The notes beneath the pieces are model-generated. The model made no database searches, was not told the DNA's origin, and saw nothing but the letters and a program-made list of their open reading frames with translations. Positions 9,924 to 19,356 of a stretch of DNA of 32,000 nt are shown here, in pieces (position 1 is the first letter of the stretch; each line of letters opens with the position of its first letter). Source of the stretch: Methylophaga frappieri (GTDB taxonomy: Bacteria > Pseudomonadota > Gammaproteobacteria > Nitrosococcales > Methylophagaceae); NCBI RefSeq assembly GCF_000260965.1, contig NC_017856.1:660001-692000 (forward strand), given 5' to 3'. The translations under genes were made by a program, and so were the position numbers.

Positions 9924-10220
9924 ATGGTGCGAAAAGTTTTCTTGCTCAGCCTGTTCGCTTTGTTCTTCATTATCACCGTGATCTTTGCTGCCTTTAATAC
10001 CAATGCAGTGGCAATCGATTTTTATTTTGTGCAGTGGCAACTGCCACTTGCCGTGATCATAATTATTGCACTGTTATGCGGCCTGCTATGTGGTGCATTA
10101 CTGATCACCATATCAACGTTGAAAGTACGTCTCGAAAACCGGCAACTTCAGCATAAGCTGCAAATTGCCGAGCAAGAATTAAACAGCTTGCGCATTTTAC
10201 CGGTTCGAGATAATCATTAA
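9924..10220 (+). CDS. lapA: Lipopolysaccharide assembly protein LapA (YciS, DUF1049)
   Basis: 98 aa with two TM helices followed by a short coiled tail. It lies immediately upstream (3-nt gap) of lapB. SD GGGAG. Confidence 0.8.
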   Translation: MVRKVFLLSLFALFFIITVIFAAFNTNAVAIDFYFVQWQLPLAVIIIIALLCGLLCGALLITISTLKVRLENRQLQHKLQIAEQELNSLRILPVRDNH

Positions 10221-10223
10221 TCT

Positions 10224-11407
10224 ATGATTATGCAGACTTGGTTATTTCTGCTTCTTCCTGTCGCTGCCTTGTCAGGCTGGCTAATGGCCCGCCGTCATTA
10301 CAAACGTCGCTACCGGCAACAGGAGAATGCATTCAGTCCAGCATATTTCAAAGGCTTAAATTACTTATTAAATGAACAGCCGGATAAAGCGATTGATGTC
10401 TTCATCGGCTTGCTGGAAGTTAATAGTGAAACAGTTGAAACCCACCTGGCACTCGCCAACCTATTTCGCCGCAGAGGTGAAACCGAACGGGCCATCCGCA
10501 TCCATCAAAACCTGATTGCACGGCCATCTTTACATGGCGAGCAACGCACACAGGCAATGATTGAGTTGGGACTTGATTATATGCATGCTGGCGTTCTTGA
10601 CAGAGCCGAGCATTTGTTTCTTGAGCTCATGCAATTACCAGTCTCTCCGCCAGAAGCGGCGAGACAATTGCTACGCATCTATCAGCAAGAAAAAAAGTGG
10701 CGGCAGGCTATCGATATGGCGAGCCGACTGGACAAAAACCAGCAAGACAATACCCAACCGCTAATCGCTCAGTTTTACTGCGAATTGGCTGAACAATCTG
10801 TTAAACAGGATAAGCACGAGTGTCTTAACCTGGTTCGACTCGCGTTGTTTCATGATACTCAATGTGTTCGTGCCAGTTTGATTGAGGCGCGTGTACAACT
10901 ATCGCTAGGGCAACCACAAAAAGCGCTGAAAACCCTCAAAAACATTGAGCGTCAAAATAGTCAGTTTTTACCCGAAGCCTTACCTCTGCTTTATCAGGCG
11001 TTTCAACAAACGGCAAATCTCCAGGGCTATCGTGTTTGGTTACAACAAATTCTGCATAAAAACCCAAACCTGACCTCGGTCAGACTGATGTTAACCCGAC
11101 TGATTGATGAAATCGAAGGCAGATCCGCTGCACGCCAATATCTCTATGATGCGCTGCATCGCCACCCATCTGTTGAGGGACTAAATACCTTGATTAATCT
11201 GGGTGAACACAATCAGGAGTCGCTGGTGCCCTTGATTCAACAAGTAACGAACGCCATGGTCTTGCGCGGCGACCGTTACAGCTGCAAAAATTGCGGTTTT
11301 TCAGGCAAAACACTCCATTGGCTGTGTCCAAGTTGTAATCGATGGGCAACCATGCGTCCTACTGAAATTCATTTATCTGCTTTAGAAAAACTATTGGAAA
11401 AAACGGC

Positions 11408-11411
<4 letters not shown>
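10224..11411 (+). CDS. lapB: Lipopolysaccharide assembly protein LapB (YciM)
   Basis: N-terminal TM anchor, TPR repeats and a C-terminal rubredoxin-like zinc finger CKNCGFSGKTLHWLCPSCNRW, which is diagnostic of LapB. Confidence 0.9.
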
Positions 11412-12719
<1,308 letters not shown>

Positions 12720-12755
12720 TTTAATTCACTAACGCATCGATGAGAAAAGTGAATA

Positions 12756-12980
12756 ATGAGTAGCATTTCCGCATTGCAATCTGCCTATCAAGGTATTCAA
12801 AATGGCGTACAACGCGCTAGTCAAAATAGTGCTGAACTCACCAAGGCAGCAGCGAATGGGGGTGATATCATTTCGCCCTCTGTGGCATTGAAACAAGCGG
12901 AATTACAAGTAGCCGTATCGGCCAGAGCGCTGGAAGTCACCAATGACACACTGGGCACGATTCTCGATATTACGGTTTGA
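12756..12980 (+). CDS. Small hypothetical protein, tentatively YjfB-like (putative motility protein family)
   Basis: 74-aa ORF filling an otherwise empty gap. It is rich in Q/A/S, predicted helical and has no signal peptide. The C-terminal half ALKQAELQVAVSARALEVTNDTLGTILDITV resembles the YjfB-family pattern (by eye only). The SD is weak (GAGAAAAG). Confidence 0.45.
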   Translation: MSSISALQSAYQGIQNGVQRASQNSAELTKAAANGGDIISPSVALKQAELQVAVSARALEVTNDTLGTILDITV

Positions 12981-13058
12981 TTTTCTGACCATCTAGCCTA
13001 TTGATACGATTAACGGCTAAACTACACCTCGATTAATCTAATTCACGAACGTTTTGCT

Positions 13059-13856
13059 TTGAATATTGCCGCCTTTGATGCTGCTGCGATCCGTGCACAG
13101 CTCGAGCCTAATCATGCTGCCACGCTGGCAGATATACTGATTTATGATAGCGTTACATCTACCAATGATGTACTTTGGCAACGTTTTGCCGATAATCCGG
13201 CATCACCGGCAGTTTGTATTGCCGAACAACAAAGCGCAGGCCGCGGTCGGCGAGGTGGTGCTTGGCAATCGCCCGCCGGAGGTAATATTTATTTGTCCTT
13301 GTTTTGGCCGTTGCCAACATCGGGCAATGTCGAGGGCTTAAGTATTGCCGTTGGCATCAGTTTGATTCATGCTTTGTCGGCATTTGGCGTCAACGCATTA
13401 AAATTAAAATGGCCAAATGATATTTTGCACCAACGGCGCAAACTGGCTGGCATACTGGTCGAAGCCCGCTACGGTGAGAGTTACGGCGTGGTTATCGGTA
13501 TCGGTATAAATTATATTGCTTTACCAGCACAACACTTGAATGAAATTCCACAGCCGGTGACTAATCTCGCTGAAATCTGTCCACAGATACCAGACAGAAA
13601 TAGCCTGTGTGGACAGCTTATCAATCATATAATGTCAGCCTTGAAACTCTTTCAACATCAAGGATTGACCGAATTTTTGCCACACTGGCCGGCACTCGAT
13701 GCATTACATGAGCAGAGTATTGTCATTAAAACCGAACAAGGCAGCTTACAAGCGACCGCCTGTGGCATCAACGAAAAAGGGGAATTACGCTACATGCACA
13801 ACCAGCAACTGGACACCTTGTCCAGCAGTCACGTCAGTATTCGGTTTGCCTCATGA
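13059..13856 (+). CDS. birA: Biotin--[acetyl-CoA-carboxylase] ligase, group I (no N-terminal HTH repressor domain)
   Basis: GRGRRGGAWQSPAGGNIYLS (the biotin-protein-ligase signature GRGRxGRxWxSP) and KWPNDIL are present. It is 265 aa with a TTG start. The first conserved block begins about 30 aa in, leaving no room for a winged-helix domain. Confidence 0.88.
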   Translation: MNIAAFDAAAIRAQLEPNHAATLADILIYDSVTSTNDVLWQRFADNPASPAVCIAEQQSAGRGRRGGAWQSPAGGNIYLSLFWPLPTSGNVEGLSIAVGISLIHALSAFGVNALKLKWPNDILHQRRKLAGILVEARYGESYGVVIGIGINYIALPAQHLNEIPQPVTNLAEICPQIPDRNSLCGQLINHIMSALKLFQHQGLTEFLPHWPALDALHEQSIVIKTEQGSLQATACGINEKGELRYMHNQQLDTLSSSHVSIRFAS

Positions 13857-14626
13857 AACTGTTAGTCGATATTGGTAACAGCCGGATCAAGTGGGCAACA
13901 CTGGATGGCAAAAAAATGTCTGCAACGCAAGACTTTGAGCGCAAATCTGGTATTAAAGCCCAACTGACTAAACACTGGAAATCACTGGAACACATCGAGT
14001 CAATCTGGGTCGCCAATGTCGCCGGTGAAAAAATGGCAAGCCAACTAAGCGAATGGGCAAATAAAAAATGGCAACGTCAGCCTGTTTTCATTACCACTGA
14101 AGCACGACGGTTTGGGGTAAAAAATGCCTATGACAATCCGGAGCAATTAGGCGTAGATCGATGGCTTTCACTCGTCGCGATGCGACAACGGAATAAGCAA
14201 ACCACGTGTATTATTGATTGTGGTACCGCCATCACTGTTGATCTGCTCAGCACAGACGGTCAACATCAAGGCGGCCTGATCCTGCCCGGTCTAACACTGA
14301 TTCGACAAACACTGATTCAAGGTACCGATGCCATCACTGAAAAAACCGAAGACGTCGCTTTCAGTTTGCTTGCAACCAATACCTTCAGTGCCATTCAGGC
14401 AGGCAGCCTCTACAGTATCAGCGCAACGCTGCATAGTTTGATTGAAGATTTGCAACAAAACTTTAAACAAAATCTGCGAATTGTCCTGACCGGAGGAGAC
14501 GCAGCGACATTGCAAAAATACCTGCCGGCAAAAGTAGAGTTGAATCCTGATCTGGTCTTGAAAGGACTTCGGCGTTATGCCCAACAAGAAGTGGTAACGG
14601 CAGAAAGTCAGCCTGAAGAAGCCTGA
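13853..14626 (+). CDS. coaX: Type III pantothenate kinase
   Basis: MKLLVDIGNSRIKWA (the ASKHA phosphate-1 motif of CoaX), IDCGTAITVD and GGDA blocks are present. The ATGA start overlaps the birA stop. Confidence 0.92.
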   Translation: MKLLVDIGNSRIKWATLDGKKMSATQDFERKSGIKAQLTKHWKSLEHIESIWVANVAGEKMASQLSEWANKKWQRQPVFITTEARRFGVKNAYDNPEQLGVDRWLSLVAMRQRNKQTTCIIDCGTAITVDLLSTDGQHQGGLILPGLTLIRQTLIQGTDAITEKTEDVAFSLLATNTFSAIQAGSLYSISATLHSLIEDLQQNFKQNLRIVLTGGDAATLQKYLPAKVELNPDLVLKGLRRYAQQEVVTAESQPEEA

Positions 14627-14631
14627 CACCA

Positions 14632-14660
14632 TTGCCAGACAGGGTGAAGTGAGATAAACT
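14632..14660 (+). promoter_or_regulatory. Candidate sigma-70 promoter for tRNA-Ser
   Basis: TTGCCA (14632-14637), a 17-nt spacer, then TAAACT (14655-14660). A GC-rich discriminator-like TTCGCCCCC follows, just before the tRNA 5' end at 14674. Confidence 0.45.
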
Positions 14661-14673
14661 TTCGCCCCCTTAA

Positions 14674-14764
14674 GGAGAAGTGGCCGAGTGGTTGAAGGCG
14701 CACGCCTGGAAAGTGTGTATAGGTTAATAGCCTATCGAGGGTTCGAATCCCTCCTTCTCCGCCA
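14674..14764 (+). tRNA. tRNA-Ser (anticodon GGA)
   Basis: The cloverleaf was folded by hand. The acceptor stem is GGAGAAG/CTTCTCC. The D arm is GCC-GAGTGGTTGAA-GGC. The anticodon stem CACGC/GTGTG carries the loop CU-GGA-AA. A long class-II variable arm (TATAGG..CCTATC) is present. The T arm is GAGGG-TTCGAAT-CCCTC. The discriminator is G and CCA is encoded. Confidence 0.93.
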
Positions 14765-15051
14765 CCCTCACCGCCTGAGTTATAACTCCCAATCGCTCCA
14801 GATTCGCAATTTCGTTTGAATGTCTTCGGTGATACATCAACTATCGCGTCTACTTCGTATACATCCACAACAAGTTCGTTTAGTTTCAATGACCTGCTTG
14901 CAGGTATTGCATTAATTTGATCTGCAATAAATACAAATGCAATTAATAAACACTATCATTAACGTTTAATGAGTGGTATTTTTCAACCTGATTCACCAAG
15001 TTTTCCGCGTAATTCATCAACATTCAACCGATTAATTCAAAGAGATTTATC

Positions 15052-15651
15052 ATGAAATACGACGTTATCATTATTGGCGCCGGCGCTGCTGGCTTTGGTT
15101 GTGCACTGACATTAGGTAGTGCCAACGATAATTTCGAATGGGCAAAAGATCGCAAGTACTTAATTCTGGACAATGACAGAAGCGACATGAAAGTGGCCCG
15201 ATATAATAATGTTACGGGGGTCGAGCAAGGCATTAACGGGATAGACTTGCTAACCAAGCTGAAGGATCAATTAAAAAAATATCCTGCTTGTGAGTTAAAA
15301 CATGAAACCGTCACCAAGATTGTTCGCCATGGTGATGAATTCATGGTGGAAGCGAAAACGGGTAATTATCAGGCTTCAATTATCGTATTAGCGACAGGTT
15401 TGAATAAATTTGATATCGAATGTGCGGGGGTTGTGGTTAAAGAAAATACCTTTGTACCCAAACCCAACTTAATCTATCTGGAGAACACCAACAATGTTAT
15501 CTCCGAAAACTTATATGTTGCGGGTCTGGCAAGTGGGGTTCCCACCATGTTTTCCTGTGCCAGTGGAGATGGCGCCAAAGTGGCGTGTGATATTTTTTAC
15601 AAGTGGGCCGGCAAAGTTGCCGTCGTTCATGACACCAAGAAAACCGCATGA
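15052..15651 (+). CDS. Short FAD-binding oxidoreductase, thioredoxin-reductase-like but lacking the NADPH domain and redox CxxC
   Basis: 199 aa. It has the N-terminal dinucleotide fold DVIIIGAGAAGFG, the IIVLATG block and the C-terminal FAD motif LYVAGLASG...SGDGAKVA. Only about 50 aa separate the two FAD half-domains, against about 125 aa in TrxB. No CxxC is present. Confidence 0.7.
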   Translation: MKYDVIIIGAGAAGFGCALTLGSANDNFEWAKDRKYLILDNDRSDMKVARYNNVTGVEQGINGIDLLTKLKDQLKKYPACELKHETVTKIVRHGDEFMVEAKTGNYQASIIVLATGLNKFDIECAGVVVKENTFVPKPNLIYLENTNNVISENLYVAGLASGVPTMFSCASGDGAKVACDIFYKWAGKVAVVHDTKKTA

Positions 15652-15658
15652 CAGACTC

Positions 15659-15692
15659 ATGACTTACTCTGCTTCCGGAGTAAGTCATTTTT
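15659..15692 (+). terminator. Rho-independent terminator after the flavoprotein gene
   Basis: A perfect 11-bp inverted repeat ATGACTTACTC / GAGTAAGTCAT (15659-15669 / 15678-15688) has an 8-nt loop and is followed by TTTTT. Confidence 0.75.
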
Positions 15693-15702
15693 CCGCGTTC
15701 CA

Positions 15703-18700
15703 TCAAAAAATGTGCTTACCTAACGAGACGTTTTTACGCCAATCCCGGACAAATTGTTCAAAGTCTGGACAAGCCATTGGCCTAGCGTAGTAAAAACCTT
15801 GTATCCAGTCACAACCTAGCTCTGTCAATAATCTTAGCTGACTTTCTGTTTCCACGCCTTCCGCGACGATACCGATATCCAGTCGTTTCGCCATCACAAT
15901 GATCGCTTCGATGATAGCTTTATCATTGGCATCTGTTTCCAGATCACGAATAAAGGATTTATCAATTTTCAAATAATCCACTTCGAGTTGTTTCAAGTAA
16001 GCCAAAGAGGAATAACCGGTACCAAAGTCATCGATGGATATACGGACACCGAAATGGCGTAAATGCCGCAATAAATTCCGTGTCTCAGTGCTACGCTGCA
16101 GTAAAACACCTTCGGTAATTTCAAGGGTTAACAAATGACTAGCGATTTCATGCTGTTGAATATAATCGACCCAATCAAGCCGCCCAGTCAGATTACCAAA
16201 GTCCTGCGCAGATCGGTTTATAGAAACGGCAATATCACCCATACCATTATCTTGCCAATGACGGATCTGAAAACAGACCTGGGCAAAGACAAAATCGTCA
16301 ATTTTGCCAATTAACCCCATTCTTTCAGCGACGGGTAAAAACTCCGCCGGGGAGATCACCCCCCGCTCAGGATGCCGCCAACGCACAAGTGCTTCAGCAC
16401 TGATTGCACCATTTCGGGCATGAATAACAGGTTGATAATAGATTTCAAACTGCCCTTCCGCTAAAGCCGTTTCCAGCTCATGCAAAATGAAAGCCCGCGA
16501 CTGCCAGGTTGACTCCAATTCAGCGTTATAACGACGATAAACGCCACCATTTGCGTCTTTGGCAGAATACATCGCTCTATCGGCATTTTGCAGTAATAGA
16601 CCGGGCGTTGCGCCATCATCAGGATAAACCGTTAAGCCAATACTGGTCGTGATACGAATCGCCTGATTATGTATCTTGAGCGGCTGTTGAATCGCATCAA
16701 TGATTTTTTGGGCAATTTGAACCGCATTGTCAACGTCTTCCAGCCCGCTCAGGATAACCGTAAATTCATCGCCACCTAATCGGGCAACGGTATCTGATTC
16801 ACGAAGACAACTCTGAATACGAGAGGCCATGTTTTGCAAAAGCTCATCGCCTGCATCATGTCCCAATGTATCATTAATATCTTTAAATCGGTCCAAGTCT
16901 AGAAACAATAAACATAATTTCTTTTTGTCGCGTTGTGCATGACGAATTTCCTGAGCCAGCCGGTCATTGAACAGACGTCGATTCGGCAAACCGGTCAGCA
17001 GATCAAAATTGGCATGGTGCTCGATAATAAGCTGCGCCTGTTTACTTTCGCTGATGTCAGTAAAAACAGCCACATAATGGCTCGGAAGCTGCTGCTCGTT
17101 GCGCACCACTGACATGGATAAATAAACAGAAAATATTTCGCCATCTTTTCGGCGACTCAATAACTCACCCCGCCACAGGCCATGCTGGTTCAAATCAACC
17201 CAAAGCTTTCGAAAGATAACCTCATCGTTCAGCGTCTGATCTAATAATTTAGGGAATTGACCGAGCACCTCAGACTCACTAAATCCGGTTATCTGAACAT
17301 AAGCGGCGTTAACAGCAATCACCTGACGACTGGCATCTGTTATCAAAAAACCTTCGCTCGCGGCATTAAATGCCACGTCTGATAGCTTCAACCGGGTTTG
17401 TGTCTGCTGCACTTGAGCCAGTACCTCCCGAATGCGTTTTTCTGAACTAATGGCTCGCTCAGTGGCATTTGAGAGTTGTTCCGTACGTCGGGATACTTCC
17501 TTGGAGACTTGATGTGTTCTGCCGGTAATACTCAATATCAAGGCCATCAGCAATCCGGTCAGCAGATAACCTGCAATCATCACAAATAAGGCTTGACTGC
17601 TTTGATTATGAGCCAGAAACAGCTGCGTAGGCGAAAAGATCAATCGCATTTCTCGACCTGCCGCCATAATATTCACGTTGTGCGAAAAAACCGGGGCTGT
17701 TTCAAGCGGTAAGTCATAATAAAATTCACCACTGAGGACATCTTGCCAGCGAATCACAAACTCGGTTTCTTCACTTCTACCCAGAATATTCTCAACAAAG
17801 TCTTCTGCTCTTATTGCCACATTAACCAGGCCAGCCAACTGGGCTGCTGATTTATCCAAAGTCATGCCGCCTTCGGCATCCTCGTATACCGGCCGATACA
17901 GCATTAAAACGCGCGCTTGATAGTTTTCTTCAACCAACACTAATGGTGGCCGGGCATAAGTTGAACCGCTTGCAATCGCTGTCTGGATCGCAGCATTTGA
18001 CACTAATGAAGAGGTCGGATCAAAGCCAGGCGCCATTTGATTGCTTTCAGGTTCCAGGTAGGTAATTGGAAAATAAGTTTCTCTCTCTCTGGCAACTACC
18101 AACTGTTTGTCTTCGGTAATATCGGTAATTGAAAATGCGGGTCCAAAATACGTCTGTTGCTTTTTTTCGTAGTCATTACGTTGCGACTGCGTCACCTTGG
18201 GTAACCACTCTATTACCTGAATATCCGGGTTTTTACTGGTCGCCCAACGGACAAAGGCTCGAAACTCACTTCGAGTTACTTGATCCGAACTGACAAATAA
18301 TTGGGCAACACTGTCCTGCACTAACTCTTGGCTGTTAAGTGCAATCTGAAATAAGGTGCCCACCTCCTGAGTACGAATCCGAAATCGATTTTCAGTGTCA
18401 GCAATCTCAAACCGAGCCACACTCTCGGAAATCAGAATAACAGTGACAAAGAGCATCACCACAGGTAGCCCCATGATGTATCTTCGCTGTCGCCAGAGTG
18501 AGCTGGATTTATCTAAAACACTAATCGTAAGCGGCACGGCAATCAACGTCCCCACGGCATCGCCCAGCCACCAACCTGCCCAGTTGGCCCATGAGGAGAA
18601 ATAGTTATTGAATCCAGCAGCAGCCAGTATCGGTGCATTAATACTGGCGCTAAAAACGGATACCAGTGGCACCATAAGCATGAACTGCAGAATTTGCCGA

Positions 18701-19071
18701 TCAGTTTCCAACTGCAGGGGCGAACTGACGAAACGGCGAAATATCCAGGTAGCAATTACCACCTGGATGGCATTACCGATAGCAATCGAGGCTGATATCA
18801 CTGCGATAGGCCAAGTGATTCCGGCATAGTCTTGCAAACTGAGACAATTCAAGAAGAAAGTGCCTATCAAGACACTGGGAACAGCAACCGGTAAGCCAAA
18901 ATGTAATGCAGCGGCCAAGGCAATACCCGCCGGCAAATAGGCAACCGAAATATAACCAAGACCGCAATAGCGCAGGCAAAACAAGCCAACTAGCAGGTAA
19001 ACCATTGCTAGCACAGCGCTTATTAACAGACTTCGTTTACTAGGTACCCATGCCAACGTCACACTCTCCAT
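15703..19071 (-). CDS. Membrane sensor diguanylate cyclase/phosphodiesterase: MASE1-CHASE-TM-PAS-GGDEF-EAL
   Basis: 1122 aa. The N-terminal polytopic region carries MASE1-type signatures (YLPAGIALAAALHFG, GWWLGDAVGTLIAVPL). A periplasmic CHASE-like block follows (VIEWLPKV, YFPITYLEPESNQMAPGFD, LMLYRPVY), then a TM helix. Next comes a PAS domain (FLITDASRQVIAVNAAYVQITGF...WRGEL). The GGDEF site is intact (RLGGDEF), and the EAL domain is intact (EALVRW, DDFGTGYSS, EGVE). Confidence 0.92.
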   Translation of the reverse strand: MESVTLAWVPSKRSLLISAVLAMVYLLVGLFCLRYCGLGYISVAYLPAGIALAAALHFGLPVAVPSVLIGTFFLNCLSLQDYAGITWPIAVISASIAIGNAIQVVIATWIFRRFVSSPLQLETDRQILQFMLMVPLVSVFSASINAPILAAAGFNNYFSSWANWAGWWLGDAVGTLIAVPLTISVLDKSSSLWRQRRYIMGLPVVMLFVTVILISESVARFEIADTENRFRIRTQEVGTLFQIALNSQELVQDSVAQLFVSSDQVTRSEFRAFVRWATSKNPDIQVIEWLPKVTQSQRNDYEKKQQTYFGPAFSITDITEDKQLVVARERETYFPITYLEPESNQMAPGFDPTSSLVSNAAIQTAIASGSTYARPPLVLVEENYQARVLMLYRPVYEDAEGGMTLDKSAAQLAGLVNVAIRAEDFVENILGRSEETEFVIRWQDVLSGEFYYDLPLETAPVFSHNVNIMAAGREMRLIFSPTQLFLAHNQSSQALFVMIAGYLLTGLLMALILSITGRTHQVSKEVSRRTEQLSNATERAISSEKRIREVLAQVQQTQTRLKLSDVAFNAASEGFLITDASRQVIAVNAAYVQITGFSESEVLGQFPKLLDQTLNDEVIFRKLWVDLNQHGLWRGELLSRRKDGEIFSVYLSMSVVRNEQQLPSHYVAVFTDISESKQAQLIIEHHANFDLLTGLPNRRLFNDRLAQEIRHAQRDKKKLCLLFLDLDRFKDINDTLGHDAGDELLQNMASRIQSCLRESDTVARLGGDEFTVILSGLEDVDNAVQIAQKIIDAIQQPLKIHNQAIRITTSIGLTVYPDDGATPGLLLQNADRAMYSAKDANGGVYRRYNAELESTWQSRAFILHELETALAEGQFEIYYQPVIHARNGAISAEALVRWRHPERGVISPAEFLPVAERMGLIGKIDDFVFAQVCFQIRHWQDNGMGDIAVSINRSAQDFGNLTGRLDWVDYIQQHEIASHLLTLEITEGVLLQRSTETRNLLRHLRHFGVRISIDDFGTGYSSLAYLKQLEVDYLKIDKSFIRDLETDANDKAIIEAIIVMAKRLDIGIVAEGVETESQLRLLTELGCDWIQGFYYARPMACPDFEQFVRDWRKNVSLGKHIF

Positions 19072-19239
19072 TTATCATTATTCTGCCATCTAAGTCAGCG
19101 CCGATGACCCATGACAATTTCTTTTAACCGGCATCGTAGCACCTGAACAGAAAAATAACGCAACTGTCTATGTCGCTCAAGCAAATCTCAATGACGCATG
19201 GTAATCCTTGGCAAAAATGCTTAGAATAGGCAGCTCAAT

Positions 19240-19356
19240 GGTGGCCTGTGCTGGTCTCCCCGCAACGATATGTTGGTTACCTCGTCAGGCCCGGAAGGGA
19301 GCAGCGAAGCCTTCGGACTCGGGTGCCGGGATCAGGCTGGTACGGGTTCACCGCCC
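19240..19356 (+). ncRNA. ffs: Signal recognition particle RNA (4.5S RNA)
   Basis: GGTGGCCTGTGCTGGTCTCCCCGCAACG...GTCAGGCCCGGAAGGGAGCAGCG...GGGTGCCGGGATCAGGCTGG...CACCGCCC is collinear with E. coli 4.5S RNA. It includes the conserved domain IV GGAA tetraloop region (CAGGnCCGGAAGGnAGCAGC). A T-rich tail follows. It lies upstream of dnaX, as in many gammaproteobacteria. A TAGAAT -10-like hexamer is at 19222-19227. Confidence 0.9.

Noticed and set aside
14608-14889. 93-aa minus-strand ORF (TTG start) downstream of coaX.
   Set aside because: It runs antisense straight through the tRNA-Ser gene (the GGEGGGEGG part is the reverse of the acceptor and T arms). It has no ATG or SD and no recognisable family. 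At most its first roughly 40 codons could be a gene remnant, which I cannot support.
19207-19227. TTGGCA and TAGAAT hexamers upstream of ffs as a promoter pair.
   Set aside because: The spacing is only 9 nt, so they cannot be the -35 and -10 of the same promoter. TAGAAT alone may be the -10, but I could not find a matching -35, so it is not listed as a feature.
14765-19239. Idea that the whole tRNA-Ser to ffs interval (flavoprotein plus MASE1-CHASE-GGDEF-EAL gene) is a bounded genomic island.
   Set aside because: I found no integrase, no mobility genes and no direct repeat of the tRNA 3' end by eye near 19072-19239. Only a composition impression supports it. It is kept as a low-key finding for the first 0.9 kb only.
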